Shown here piece after piece: positions 49,171-62,350 of a stretch of DNA of 64,000 nucleotides. The notes under the pieces are model-generated. The model saw nothing but the letters and a program-made list of their open reading frames with translations, searched no databases and was not told the origin of the DNA. Source of the stretch: Camelus dromedarius. Taxonomy: Eukaryota. Within the stretch, counting starts at the first letter, position 1. Each line of letters begins with the position of its first letter. The DNA lies in contig NC_087436.1 in the NCBI RefSeq assembly GCF_036321535.1, positions 49,726,001 through 49,790,000 of the forward strand. Direction: 5' to 3'. A program made the translations under genes and the position numbers.

Positions 49171-50344
49171 ACTTATTCTCCATCTCAGAGTAATCATATT
49201 TTTCTTCCTGTGGAATTCCAGGTATCTGGTTGTCCTGAGTGCCTCATAATCACCTGCCTTTTTGCTTAGATGTCAGAGTGATGTGACTGCACAGTGCAAC
49301 TCTTCGACTGTACGTACAAGAGCAAATACACGGTTAGCTAAGAATCTTCCCTAATAAGGCCAAACACGTTTGTATGGAAGAAAAGTCCAGCTGGAACATT
49401 TTGTCAAAGGAAATTTAGATTTTAGTTCAGGATAAAGTGACAGGTTCCTTCCAACATGTATATAACTGCCGCACCGACATATATACAGATCCTGAGAGAT
49501 GTAGGAAGGCTCCCAGAGAACATTTTGGAAGACACCTACAGAAGATTTAGAGATGAAAAAGAGTCCATATTGGGGTTCTGATGTAGGTAAAATAATAATA
49601 ATAATAATAACAATTTTAGTTACCTCTGGAATCAAGTATGTGTTATTTTTGCTTTCCGCCCTCCTCATTTATTATTTAAGTCACTACCCAAGACTGATAC
49701 TTCAGCAAATAACTAGAGTACCTGGCTTTTCAAAGAAGATGAGTAAAATTCAATTCCTAGAAAGGCTTAATTTTAGTTTCTTTGTGTACTTGGCTTTTCT
49801 GCTGTGATTCATATTGATGATGGCTCCCCTCCTTCTGAAACGCTTCACTCCCATTATTTCAGACAATACCTGCTTTGGGCCCTCCTCTATCTTGAGCTCA
49901 CTTGTCCACATCCTGAAGCGTCCTCTCTCTTTGTGCGGGGGAGGCGGGGCAGTGCCAGGTAAGGGTCCAGAGCACGGGCTCTGGAGCCAGACCACCTGCA
50001 CATGAACTTTTTTTTCCTGTGGACCAGAAAGTTTATGATAAACTTTGCCCCAGGCCTTTGGAAATCTCTTATTTGAAAGATGAAGAAAGTTGCTTATAAG
50101 GAAGATATGATAAAATATTATATAAGTTAAAATTCATTTCTCTTGGTAACATGATCCTGGGTCACTGGATAAGGGAGCTTCATGTGAGGGTGATCCGTGA
50201 CCTCTGGTCCACAACACTTCATAGGATTCTGCTGAATCACAGCACCTCATTTCCCACAATAAGAAGGTACAATATACAAAATCTCCAATTTCAAGACAAA
50301 TGAGTTAAGTATGTTTTCAAAAGACTCTTTACTTTTAAAAAATT

Positions 50345-50420
50345 CTTATTTTTTTATTGAAGTGTAGTCAATTTTCAATGTTAGTGTCATGTGTACAGCA
50401 AAGTGATTCAGTTATACATA

Positions 50421-50488
<68 letters not shown>

Positions 50489-50846
50489 TTAGCTTCTTTT
50501 CCATTACAGCTCATTACAAGAAATTGAATGTAGTTCTCTGTGCTATATAGTAGGTCCTTACTATTTATCTATTTTCTATGTATTAATATATATCTATTAA
50601 TCCCAAACTCCTAATCTATACTCCCTGTTTCCCTGCTGGTAACCAGTTTGTTTTCTATGTCCATGAGTCTATTTCTGGTTTGTAAATAAAATTTGCATTT
50701 TTTTTTTTTTTAGATTCCACATATAATTGACATCATATGATAGTTGTCTTTCTCTGTCCGACTTACTTCACTTAATATGATAATCTCTAGGTCCATCCAG
50801 GTTGCTGCAAATGGCATTATTTCATTCTTTTTATGGCTGAGTAGTA

Positions 50847-50892
<46 letters not shown>

Positions 50893-51048
50893 CTGCATCT
50901 TCTTTATCCAGTCATCTGTTGATGGACATTTAGGCTGTTTCCATGTCTTAGCTATTGTAGATAGTGCTGCTGTGAACATTGGGGTGCATGTGTCTTTTTG
51001 AATTAGAGTTTTCTCCAGGAGTGGGATTACTGGATCATATGGTAACTC
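50345..51048 (-). mobile_element. L1 3' end including ORF2 C-terminus, with two expanded microsatellites
   Basis: ORF 50710-51165 contains ELPYDPVIPLL and TCTPMFTAALSTIAKTWKQPKCPSTDDWIKKM. (AT)n at 50424-50487 and (TG)20 at 50849-50888. Confidence 0.93.
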
Positions 51049-52199
51049 TGCACTTACTAACTCTCTGACCTTGGACTGGTTATAGAACTTCTCCTTACTA
51101 GGCATTTGTGGTATAGAATATGCATTAAGCTGAAAAAGTTTGATTTTCATGTCTAATCTGAACAAACATCTAGATGCTTACCAGATTCTATACAGAATGT
51201 TCACTCTCCTGCTCAGTTTAAGCTCACAAAGTATATGCTTAATATCTAAATGAGCTTTTGGCTCTGTGTAACAGAAATCCTCTTTGGATAGACTTTTAGA
51301 GAAAGGGCATTTGTGTGTTTGTAAATGAGCAAGACCAGAGCTAGGCTATGCTGTTCTGCGGGGTAGGTCCCAGGTTCTTTCACTGGTTCAGTGGAATCAC
51401 GTGGACCAGGTTCTTTCTGTCTACTTGGCTTGCCACATTCAGAGTCCAGTCTCAGGTTCCTCTATTGTGGCAAGTTTGCTGCCAGTGGTAATCTGGGCTT
51501 TGTGCCTAGTCACATGGCTTGGGATGGGAGAAGTCAAGGGGTGATGAGGAGAAGTCAGGGAGTGAAGAGAGAAGATACTGAATTCCTGAGAAAGGACTCC
51601 TTTCCCAGAACCACTAGCAAGTGTCTTCTACCCTTTCATGGGCCCACAATGCCTTAGTCCTCCCCATCCCTAAAAAGAGTGAAATTAGATGATGAGTTGG
51701 CTTAATCTGGTTGAGGAAGAGAAATGGGACATAGGAAAATGACTACTACAGTGTCAAACTTCTTCATGTGTAATGATAGAACTTCTGATGAAATGAGAGT
51801 ATTTGATTAAATTAAACAAATTTTGTTGTTATGGGAATTACTTCATAATCATATGACTCAAGTTATGTGTTAGGAACATCTTGGCAGCTATGTAGGGGAC
51901 ATTTTCATTTAAATTATCATTTCTACATGGCCTTTGATTAGATAATTTAAATCTCTGTACTGCAGGGGAGATAGAAAAAAACACTAATTGATTACTATTC
52001 CGTGTGTGACCAATAAAATGGAGGCCAACTTAAAAACAAACAAACAAACAAAAAAAACGAAGGCTATACTAGTATTTACTGTGTGAATATCTGTTCTGTT
52101 ATGGGAAAATGTACTGAAAGTAGTAATACACATGGCCCTCTTTCCATCTGCCTCAACTGGGAGAGGTATTTCTCACAATCATTCAAATTAGAAGGCAAG

Positions 52200-53330
52200 T
52201 AAAATTAGAATGGAGTGGAAAGCCAACTGAATTCTACTGAAGTATGTTCATATTCATATCACCAAAAAACACAAGTATGTCTTAAGTTGCCTAGGAATTA
52301 ATATTTGAAAATGAAATATAAATGGTGCCTCTCAGACTGACTTTAAGAAGACCAGCAATATTATAAAGTCCTAAAAAAGCTTTGTAGACCTTTAAACCCC
52401 TCCAAGATAAATGCATCATGTTTCAAAGATAACTTGGATTTACAGATTAATTTTACAGGTCAATGAGGTTGCCAATAATTTTTACAGAATTATCCTTAAT
52501 GAATGTGAGAAATGCAGCAGGAAGAACATATTTGATTTTAGTCATCTTAGATAGTCACTGAAATGTTAAAATTAAGTTGCATTGAACATTCTCATGCCAC
52601 CAAAAAATAAAATGGATAGAAAAACTACAAATGAGGAATAATGATGAATAATGCTATTTTTTTTATCAAAGAAATATCCAACCAAGTCCTGAAGGGATTG
52701 ATGTTAGGTATAGTCATGTTTAATATCCACATTAATCCCCTGGAGATGGGAGTAAACAATATGTTAATGAAATTTGCAGATGGTACTAAATTGAAGGGTG
52801 CTGTTAGTATGTATAATGACAAGATGGATAAATGATAGGAAAAAGTGAATGTGAGAAAAAAATAACTTTTTACTTAAAAAATCAGATGATACAATGGGTA
52901 TAAAAACTTTTTAAATAGTCATTCTATGGAAGGAGAAGCAAGGCATATGTAATGTTCATAAAGAATTTAATGTCTTCTTACAGAAGATTTGACTTTAGTA
53001 ATAATGTAATGGAATTAAAAACTAATACAGTATTTGAGGACTAGCTATATTGAATTTTCACTTTACAACGAGAGGAAAACACTGTCTCTATAAAGTTCTA
53101 ATGAGACTAGGGTTTAAATAATGAAACCAATTTGGTATTTATCAATGCACCCAAATTTAGGAAAATGGGAAGAAACACATCTGAGATAAGATGGGCAATA
53201 AAAATGGTTAAGGAGTTAGCCTGATGAACTTCTAAGAAAAGATTAATCTTGTAGTCTGCAAACCCCAGAAAAGGAAGCACAAAGGATGGTATGTTGTAAC
53301 TTTCTTCACTAAGGAATAGTCGAATAAACC
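52200..53330 (+). mobile_element. Ancient CR1/L3 LINE reverse-transcriptase relic
   Basis: ORF 52641-52835 has VLKGLMLGIVMFNIHINPLEMGVNNMLMKFADGTKLKG (CR1 pattern VPQGSVLGPVLFNIFINDL...KFADDTKLGG). Downstream APKFRK (~53147) and RWAIKMVKEL (~53189) match CR1 APHFKK and RRATKMIKGL. Outer boundaries are uncertain. Confidence 0.8.
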
Positions 53331-54944
53331 TCTGTTCCCTCAAAGTGCTAGGCATTCCTCTGAGTAATCCAGATTATCTGGTATTTCATTAAAACAACTA
53401 CGATGTCTCTGATAGAATAGTAAATAAGCAGTTGTATCAAGTTATACAACTATCTACTATGTAATCATTTTGTGAACTCCAGGGCCACGTGAGAAAAGGA
53501 AGGTGATGAAATGAGAATCATTTACAAGAGCAGTAAGGGCTGAAAAGTCAACTAGTTGTCCAATTGCAGTCTTGACAATCCTACCTTCCAGCAAGAGCAG
53601 GTGGGATTTCCTCGTTGGGTTTCAGGCATGGCCACAAGACCACCGCAGTTGAGATGAACCCTCTGACTAAAGCCCAAAGGAAACAATAGCATTTTGCTTT
53701 CCCACTTCTTCAATCTTCAAAAAATTCATATACTTATTTTACTCACTAACTGTTTCAAAAACTATTTTATTGGTGAAGTTTTTATTTCTTGGCATGTTTT
53801 TGTTTTGTTTTAATCTTGGAAACATAGATAGTAAATGATGTCACACAAGTCTGGGCAAGTCATGCAAGCAAGAGTTTTGTCCTCTCTGTATAGGTTACTC
53901 ACCCTTCTCAGAAAGAATTAATTTTAACAACAACCAGGAAATGGGTTTTTATCCAATTTGAGGGGCAATGAGTTTTAACAGTTTTTGTCTGGGGTCAAAG
54001 GTAGGTGATCAGTAAAGGCAACAGTTCCAGCAAGTAATTAAAGGGAACATTTCTGCCACGTTTCTTCATCATCCCCCTCTATACACTAGTTGATTTGCTC
54101 ATAAACTGTAGACAGAAGAGGGGGACACGTGCTAACTCGGGGAAAATGCAACTAAGTTTTGCTGGCTGTTGAAACACTATACCTGTGTTATGGAGCAGTC
54201 TTAATGTGTTTTAAAATATTTAGAAGAAAGAAAGGACATTACTCTATTTAAAAAAAAAAAAACTAATTTAGAAAGATCCAGAAAACTGCTGAGTTACCAT
54301 ATAACCTTTAGCATTGTATGTCTTCAGGGCTAACTTCAATGATTTGGAAGGCCTTTCATGATTTGTCTCCAAATCGTCATAGTGTCATCTCCTGCCACTC
54401 CCCCCACCCCCATAAATGATCCACACCAAAAAACTTGATATTTCCCAAACATGTTGTTGCGTTTAATTAGAATGCTGTCCTACTCCCTATCTGGCTAGAA
54501 AATCACTGCTGATCGTTCTAGACACAGTTCAGATGCCACCTGCTTTGGCGAGCCTCACAGTCCTTCCTTACAGCCCCTTCCCTGCTCAGTCAGACAGAAT
54601 CGGTCGCTTTTGTCTCCACAACACTTACATATGTCATCACGCTGATAACGAAATAGCAACCACAGCCACGACAAATTGCGAGCATCATTCATGAGGTACT
54701 GAATATGTGCCACGCACTGTGGTCGTATTTTTGATGTCTTCTTGTCCTTACAACAACACTTGAAGGTTCTCTCCGCGAATAACTTGAGACCCAGAACATT
54801 TGAGGAATGTGTCCAGAGTCACAAGACAGTTGACAGAACCCCACATGCTCCAAAATCTGCACTTTTCACGTGGCCCTCTTGCCCCTTCTGCCTGTCTCAC
54901 TTCTTGCCCTTATCACTGGATTCAGTCATTCTGTCATTGTGAGG

Positions 54945-55190
54945 ATGCAGTACATCATTATCTTTAAAAACCAGGCTTGGTAGCCATACTGTTTGGTTTG
55001 AAATTCTGGTTCTGACTTCTATGAGTTGAATAACCTTGAGTGATTGATTTAGCCCCTCCATGCCGCAGGTTTGTGATCTATGAAGGGAGGAGGCTAAGAC
55101 AGCCCCTACCTCATAGGGTGGGTTTGAGGATTAAATGAGGTAATACATACAATGGACATAATAGCACCTGCCCTGAGTAATCACACCTTA
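54945..55190 (+). mobile_element. MIR
   Basis: ggtttgaaattctggttctgac...cctacctcatagggtgggtttgaggattaaatgaggtaatac. Confidence 0.75.
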
Positions 55191-56209
55191 TTACAGTGCC
55201 CCATACCTGTTAGCTGTGATTATTGGTTTATATGCTTCTCTTTTTTATGGATTGTGAACTCCTCAAAGGCAGGAAAAAGATCTCATTCATCTTTTCATAT
55301 CCTCCACCTATCACAATGTCTTGCCAATACCAGCAACATGAAATGTAGAAATAGGAAAGTAGATGCACATCGGTGGTGAGTGTGGCAGGGGAAGGGTCAC
55401 AGGCTTGGGGCGGACAGAGCCACATATATGACACCAGTATACGGTTGCTATGAGTCGCTTCTTCCTGACAGGGGAAAAAAAGAAAGAGCCTGTCAGCCGT
55501 GGTGGACTCCAGCAATCTGTAATTGCACTCTTCCAGCTGGGAAGCTACGATAGAGGCTGCCGAGCCAATTTCCTCCTGCAAGAGGTACTGAACAGATAGC
55601 GGAAGCTCTCAAGAGCGAAGACGGCACGCTAAGGTGTCAGGAGCCGCTCACCAGCAGCTGCTACTGATCCCCTGTCCCCTTAGCCCAGAGCTGCCAATTC
55701 TGCTTCTTCATGCTGTGCCTAGTGCTGCAATCCAGAGTTTGCGCCCGCTAAGTGCAGTGGTACAGAGTCCCCCGAGGGAGGGATGCGCTTCAGTGATGAA
55801 GAGCTCCGGACACTATTGTGGGCTCTGCTCTCCTGCTTGCTGCTGTCTGACTCTATTCTGATGTATTTCCTAATTTCTGTCCACTTTCCAGGATTTCAAA
55901 CTGTCCTCCTTCTCCTCAATCCATCAAAAATATCCTGTATTTTAGTTCTGTGTGCCCCGTTGTCTGTCCTCTTGCTTGTGGCTGACTCCTATACACACTG
56001 ACACAGGATGTTTATCTTTGCCTTGCTTCATGCTTGATGGAACCTCCTCGTCCTAATCCTGTGTCCAGCCCAGCAACACTGATGATCTGCCTGGGTGTCA
56101 GGAAGCAAATTTGCACCTCTTCTCAAATAATGGACACTTTACATATGCACACGTACACACACAATTCTTACAAAATAAGCTGTATGAAATAACAGATAAC
56201 AGTTAAGAT

Positions 56210-56390
56210 CATAGGAATCAGAATTAGACAGGTCTGATTTCAAGTCCCAGCTCTACCATGCCCTCCTCTATGACCTTGGCAAAATATTTACCTATTTAAA
56301 CCTCAGTTTCCTCATCTGTATAATGAGGCATATAATGATATCTTACCTTCTAGGATTGTGAAATTTGAAACCGAATTAATGTGTAAGTTA
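56210..56390 (+). mobile_element. MIR
   Basis: tcaagtcccagctctacca...tgaccttggcaaaatatttacc...cctcagtttcctcatctgtataatgagg. Confidence 0.8.
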
Positions 56391-57849
56391 GAACTAATAT
56401 TGTTTTTTATAAAATTTCCCAATTTACTGGTTCAGAGATGAACCACAGATGAATGTTTCAAAAAATTAAAAATCATCATTATCTCTGTTGCTTATTTTAT
56501 ACAGAGAAAATCACCTTAAATATCCAATTATCTTCTTTACAAGGTGAGGAGACTGTGAACCAGAGAGCACGATTCATATAGTTCTGTCACTAACTAATTA
56601 AAGGAAAATTTCCCACTCCCATGTCCCAAGTGAAGATTTTTGGTCTAAATTTCATAATTGCAGTTTTGAATGTCTTTATTCAATTTAGTCATGTCTCCAT
56701 CCATCCATCCATCCATCCATCCATATCCTTTAGGAAATATTAATATAGAGTACCTGCTGTGTGCCAGTCTCCTTCCTAAGTCCTGGGAATTTGCAATCAT
56801 AGTCCTCTTCATGGTGCTTTCATTCTTCCTTCTACTGCTTCCTCTATTACTTTAAGCTTCTATTTTTGCCATTAAACGTTGCGTTAGTGTCTTTTCTACA
56901 TGTCAAGAGTAACACTTTTAGAATGACATAAGCAGCAGCAAATTTTGAGGAAAGAAAGTTCTCACTGATAGAACTGGATCTCACAGATAAGTCACTTTCA
57001 TCAACACATCACTTAGAAGCTTTTAGGTAAACATATTCTTCATGTAAACATAGTGAACTCTCTTTTCCTCTTTTTGTCTTCTCTTGTCTTTGATGTTCTC
57101 TCTCTCTCCGTATTACAGACTAGGACCTTGAGCAAACGTAGACACCTGAAAAATTTGTGTGTTTTAATAGATTGTAAACCATGCAACAACAGTGGCTGCA
57201 TTTTATGTCATTTTTGGACCCTGAGAACTTGCTGGGTCCCCAAGAAATGTGTTGATAATAACAATAAGGTTTCAGTGAATAGTCAGAAGCTCTTCTGCCA
57301 AATGGTTAATTAATGACTATTGTTAACAGCTGAAACTGTCAGCCTGTTGCGTTTCACCTTTGCTTTTGTCTAGGATAAATGTGCTTTGGGATTAGTCAGC
57401 AGGTGGGGTAAGTACCATTGACTGACAGCTGATAATAATCAATGCAATTAAAGAGTTGTCCCTTTCAGCATTTATACCTCAAAGTTTCCCATTTATGACA
57501 AGGCTATGCTCACCCAGAAAGCTTTTTGACATCTTAAGAACCCTAGCTATTTGGAAGCTGAAAATATTCAAGATAAAAAGGATGGGAGCCTAGGTGAAAA
57601 TTTTAGCTCGTGGAAACCATTCACAAGGGGATCCTTGAAGTGTGGGAAAGACACGAGCTGCTGGAGAGACTCCTGAGCTGTCTTGTTTGACATAATACTG
57701 GGTGAGGACAGCTTTCCTTTTTCTCAAAGGATACAACTCATTTATCTATGTCCTTGTTTGTTAAACAAACAAACAACTCACAGGTATTTTTGGTCTTGCA
57801 AAGAAGAATCAATTTTTGAATCAGATGCTCCTTTTAAATCTCAGCAGAA

Positions 57850-58750
57850 CATTCAGGCACCTAGCCCTCCTTTTCTATTCATACTTTCCCAGCTTCATCT
57901 TTCCAGTAAATCTACCCAGTTGTTCAACCCAAAGATTTTGTCATCATCCTTGACTCTTTTCTTATAGTCTACAGCCCCTACCTCATCAGGAGCTGTTGTT
58001 CCCATCCTCAGAATACATGCAGGATCAGATGACTTCTCATCACCATCATTGCTACTATCTTAGCCCACTTATCTGTATGATTTCAGTTGCTTCTGAACCA
58101 GGTTCCCTATGCGGTCCATGCTTCCATTAGTCTGTTCTCAACAAAGGAGCCAGAGTGAGTCTGTTAAAGGGGGAGTTACTTCATTTCGTTTATGAGCTAA
58201 AAATCCATCAATTGCTTCCCCCCTCTCTCAGAGTCAATGCCAAATCACTGACCATGGCCAATAGTTCCCTACATAACATGGCCCACATTCCCACTGGGAC
58301 CTCGTTTCCTACCACTTCCTCAGTCCATCGCTATTCCTTCAGCACATGCCAGGCCCACTACTGCCTTAGGAACTTGGCACCTCCTGTGCTTTCTACCTGG
58401 AGTCCTCTTCCTCCAGCGTCTATGTGGCTCACTCTCTCACCTCCTTTAGGTCTTTGCTCCAATATTTTTGTGTAAGTGAGGCCTTTCCTAGTAATACTAT
58501 CTAACATGGCAATCCACCATGTGTGCTTTCTGTCTCCCTTCCTGTGTGTTTTTTCCTTCTTTGTATGTATCACTATCTAATATACTATATATTATGCTTA
58601 TTATTTATTGCTGGCCCCTGATGAGACTATAAAGAACAATGAGGGTAGAATGTTTGTCTGTTTGTTTATTACTTTACTTCTAGTGCCCATAGCTCTACCT
58701 GAAACAGAGAAGACACTCTACAAATATTTGTATAAAAAATAGATGAATTA
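57850..58750 (+). mobile_element. L2 LINE 3' portion
   Basis: ctgttctcaacaaaggagccagagtga, tggctcactctctcacctcctttaggtctttgctc, and 3' end acactctacaaatatttgt...atgaat. Confidence 0.75.
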
Positions 58751-58822
58751 TTTTACAGGAAGGGTGTGGTAAATTAATTTCATTGCTATTTTATCCAGTT
58801 CATGGCCTCCTGGTATCACTTT

Positions 58823-60392
58823 TGTGGCAGGTTTTATTTTCCAACAATATCTCCTCTATTGTATGTTCTTCCATAATGTGATCTTGCCACTGTCCCATCA
58901 AGAGGTCAAGATGGGCTCATAACTGTTTCAACTATTAGGGTCTGGGTAAAGCCAAGGGTCTGATGATATAACCCTTTGTTAAGACTGCAAAAAGATTAAG
59001 AGACATACTTCATAGACCCTTCAAACAGATGACCATCTTTCTAAGGACTTAAGGGCATGACTTCTAGATGGTTTCTGTTAAAAACTAGGGCTCCTAAGAA
59101 TCTTAAGAGCATTGTTCCAGGGTAGCCTGCCAGGGAGACTTGTTAGATCACAGATCCCTAGAATCAGAGAACCAGTGGGGCTCTAGTCCAGGAGCTCAAG
59201 GCACTGTACCAAATCAGCCTCATCCACAGCTGGACCCAGTGTAGATAACAAGCTACTGGACTACCATAATGGGGGTTTTGAGGAACGAGATGAGTGTATT
59301 TTGCATGTGGGGTCGTGTGAACTGCTGTGGCTAGAGCACGGATTAGAGCAGATTGTATGTTTCTAAGATGACTGCAACAATACGTCCTGTCCCGACAGTG
59401 TGGTTCTGGCACTTTCCTATCCAGAGGTGGAAGCTGATTCCTCTCCCCTTGAGTCCAGGCAGGCTTGTGATCACCTAGACCAATAAAGTATGGTGCAATT
59501 TTTGCTGTATGACTTCCAAGACTGTGTCATAGAAGGCGATGCAGCTTCTGCTGTGGAGCCCTGGCCTGGCGGCCTGAACTACCATGTAATGAGTCTGACC
59601 TTTTGGCTGCTGTATTGTGAGAAAGCTTGACCACAAGGGGGAGGCTACACATGGGCTCCCCATCCAGTACTCCCAGGGACCTCAGCCCAGGTCCCTGACA
59701 TGTGAGTTAAGGAGCCTTCAGATAATTCTGGCACCCAGATGCCAAGTCACTCCTAGGCTTCAAAGTCTTCCCTGACACAGTGGGGTAGAGATGAGCCACT
59801 GATTCTGTCCAAGTTCCTGACTCACAGAATCTGTGAGAAACATAATATGACTGTTTTAAGCTGCTTTGTTTTGGAGAACCTGAAACAAATGGCTTTGCAG
59901 CTTCTCCATCAGTAAGTGCAGTCTCACTTGCATCTTTTAAATCTGGGCCAGGAATGAGGCGGAAGTGGAGGTGTGCCTGTTCTGAGCCTAGGCCACACAG
60001 GGCCTTGTGCACTTCTGCTCATGGGACTCTGCCTCTGCCTTAAGTTTGGGCTGGCCTGATGCAAGATCAGTGACCAAGACTAGCTTACAGCAAATTGATC
60101 AGGTGTTCAATTGATCACGTGGTCAATTTGCCCAGCCTCGCTCACCAGAACTACTTACTTGACCTATAGTTAACCACAGGTGCATGAGTGAGCCTAGCTA
60201 GGACCAGAAAAACCACCCAGCTGATTTATATAGATGCATGAGAAACAATATATGCCTAATTTTAAGCTTCTGAGAGCTTTTTCTTTTTTCTTTCTTTCTT
60301 TCTTTTTTTTTTTTTTTTTTTTTTGGTTGGGGATGGTGGGGGGATGTGGGCAGGGTGGGAAGGATTGTTACACAGCAATAGCTAACTGGTAC
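58823..60392 (+). mobile_element. Cluster of nested MaLR (MLT1) LTR and internal fragments
   Basis: LTR start tgtggcagg ~58823. Internal end gatgagtgtattttgcatgtgggg ~59289. LTR body 59340-59885 (ttcctgactcacagaatctgtgaga...tgttttaagctgct). Final end cagcaatagctaactggtaca at 60392. Confidence 0.6.
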
Positions 60393-62104
60393 AAGAGGAG
60401 AAAGACCTTTCAGGTAACTGAGCTCATGCATATTTTTGAGTGGGAAAAACTAGGGTTTGAATGTTGGAAATATTTATTGTGGTCAACAAGTTATTCCCAG
60501 TCTTCTCATACTTAAACACTTCCAAGCTGATAGGCCAAAAAAACATGCAAGAGGGACTATTTCCTCTATGTTATTCCTTAATGGGATAAAATAATTTTCT
60601 TCTTCTCATTCTACCATTCTACTCCTTGCATCAAATCCAATGAATATACCTTGGCTGACTTTATAACAGCCTACTTCCTCTGTAGGATCAGACTTAACAC
60701 ATATAATGACATAAAGTGCTATATAAACAAACAGTGTTACCATGCTCCCAAGCCTAGAAAGAGGAAAAAAAAAAAGAATAACTTTTAAAGTGCAGCTCAA
60801 GAATTCAGTTTTTCTCAAAGCCAAATTGGAATGTGGAAAGAGATTTTTAAAAATTCTAAATTTAGGTGCAATGGTTTTCCTGTGTTTAGAATCTGGCAAA
60901 CCAGCTTCTTCTCTGCCCTACTTTATAAAGGTTGTGTAGACGAGGGAAAACGAAGTTTTGTTTAGTTGTAGATGAACGTTTATGGTCCCTCCCCCCAAAA
61001 TAATAATATATGAATGCTTCTATCTTCCAAATGTCAAAAAGAGGAATTAAATGTATAATTTTTAAGAGCATCTGTTTTTAAATTAAGGTATACTGCATTT
61101 CTTGAAAGACTAAACATCTAATTTTTTATATAGAAATAGTCAATTTCCTAGTGTAGTAAGGTGTTCTTTATAGAACACAACTTTCTATCCTTGGGATAAG
61201 AATGATGCAATGAGGACAGTTAAACTTGTGAATTTCAGGAGATAATGAAAATAAGAATAATGCAATATAAGGGAAGTAATTTAATAAGAAAATGAACACC
61301 AAGAATTTAAAATGTGTGTTTTTAGTTTCTTTGAAATGATATTTTAATGATAATTTATAAGAATTCAAGTAACCTATGATCAAATTGCCTTCCTTGCTGC
61401 CACATACACTATGGCTGGTTAAGCCAAAGTCACCTACAGCCCAATCCATTGCTGGGAGTAGGCATGAGGTTTAGAAGGAGTCTATAACCTAGTATGGGTG
61501 CCTGTGTGTTTTCTGGTTCTGTTTTCTAAGCCCACGTCTTCTGGAGGAGAAGAGAATTATTTTGTCAAATCTGTTTTGTTAAATTCTAGTTTCCTCTAGA
61601 ACATTCAGGAGGGGATGGGATTCAGAGTTGGATGACTGTTGTAGATACTTGATATTTGTATAAATCATGAAATATGTGATATTGCCCTAAGAGGCAGCAG
61701 AAAGTGAGAAGCCAATGGAACTACAAGGAGTTCCAGTGTTTTAAAGGGATCAGAGGAGGAAGACCCAAAGGAGGTGACTGAGACTGCAATAAGGATGAAC
61801 TTATCAAAGGAGTTAAGTACCAGAGAGACTTGATAAGATGGTGTCTGAGACAAGTCCGTAGGATTTGGCAACTAGGACACCACTGTAGGGACATTCCCAG
61901 GGATAGTTCTGGTGGGATGGGAGGGGTGGCAGCCAACTGTCAGAGGCCTGAGATGTGAATATTGTTGAGGAAATAATCATGGCTGTAAAAGTAAGTTAGG
62001 AAGGTTTGTATGGGAAGGAAAAGGAAGAGTAAATATAAGGAGGTCAAAATCAGTAAGAGAGAAAAAAATGAGGGAGCAGTTGAAGAAATGGAAAGTTGAT
62101 AAAC

Positions 62105-62350
62105 CAGTTATTGGGAACTTTGTCCACTTTATGCTACTTGCAGATATATCAACTTTTCATCCAGGACCTCATCTAAATTATTGACAGAAATGTCCATCTG
62201 AACAGAGATGGAAGGATTCCTGAGACATGTCCTTGAAGTTCTCTACCAAGAAATTCCCCATCACTAGTTAAAACATCTTTATATATCTTGTTCAACCATA
62301 TTTCTGCTCTGTGAAATTTTCTAGATCCATTTGGGTCACCCATAGTATCC
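62105..62350 (-). mobile_element. Second CR1/L3 RT fragment
   Basis: Minus-strand translation gives MSQES...ISVNNLDEVLDEKLI, a degenerate VPQGS...IFINDLDE..LI. Confidence 0.45.
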
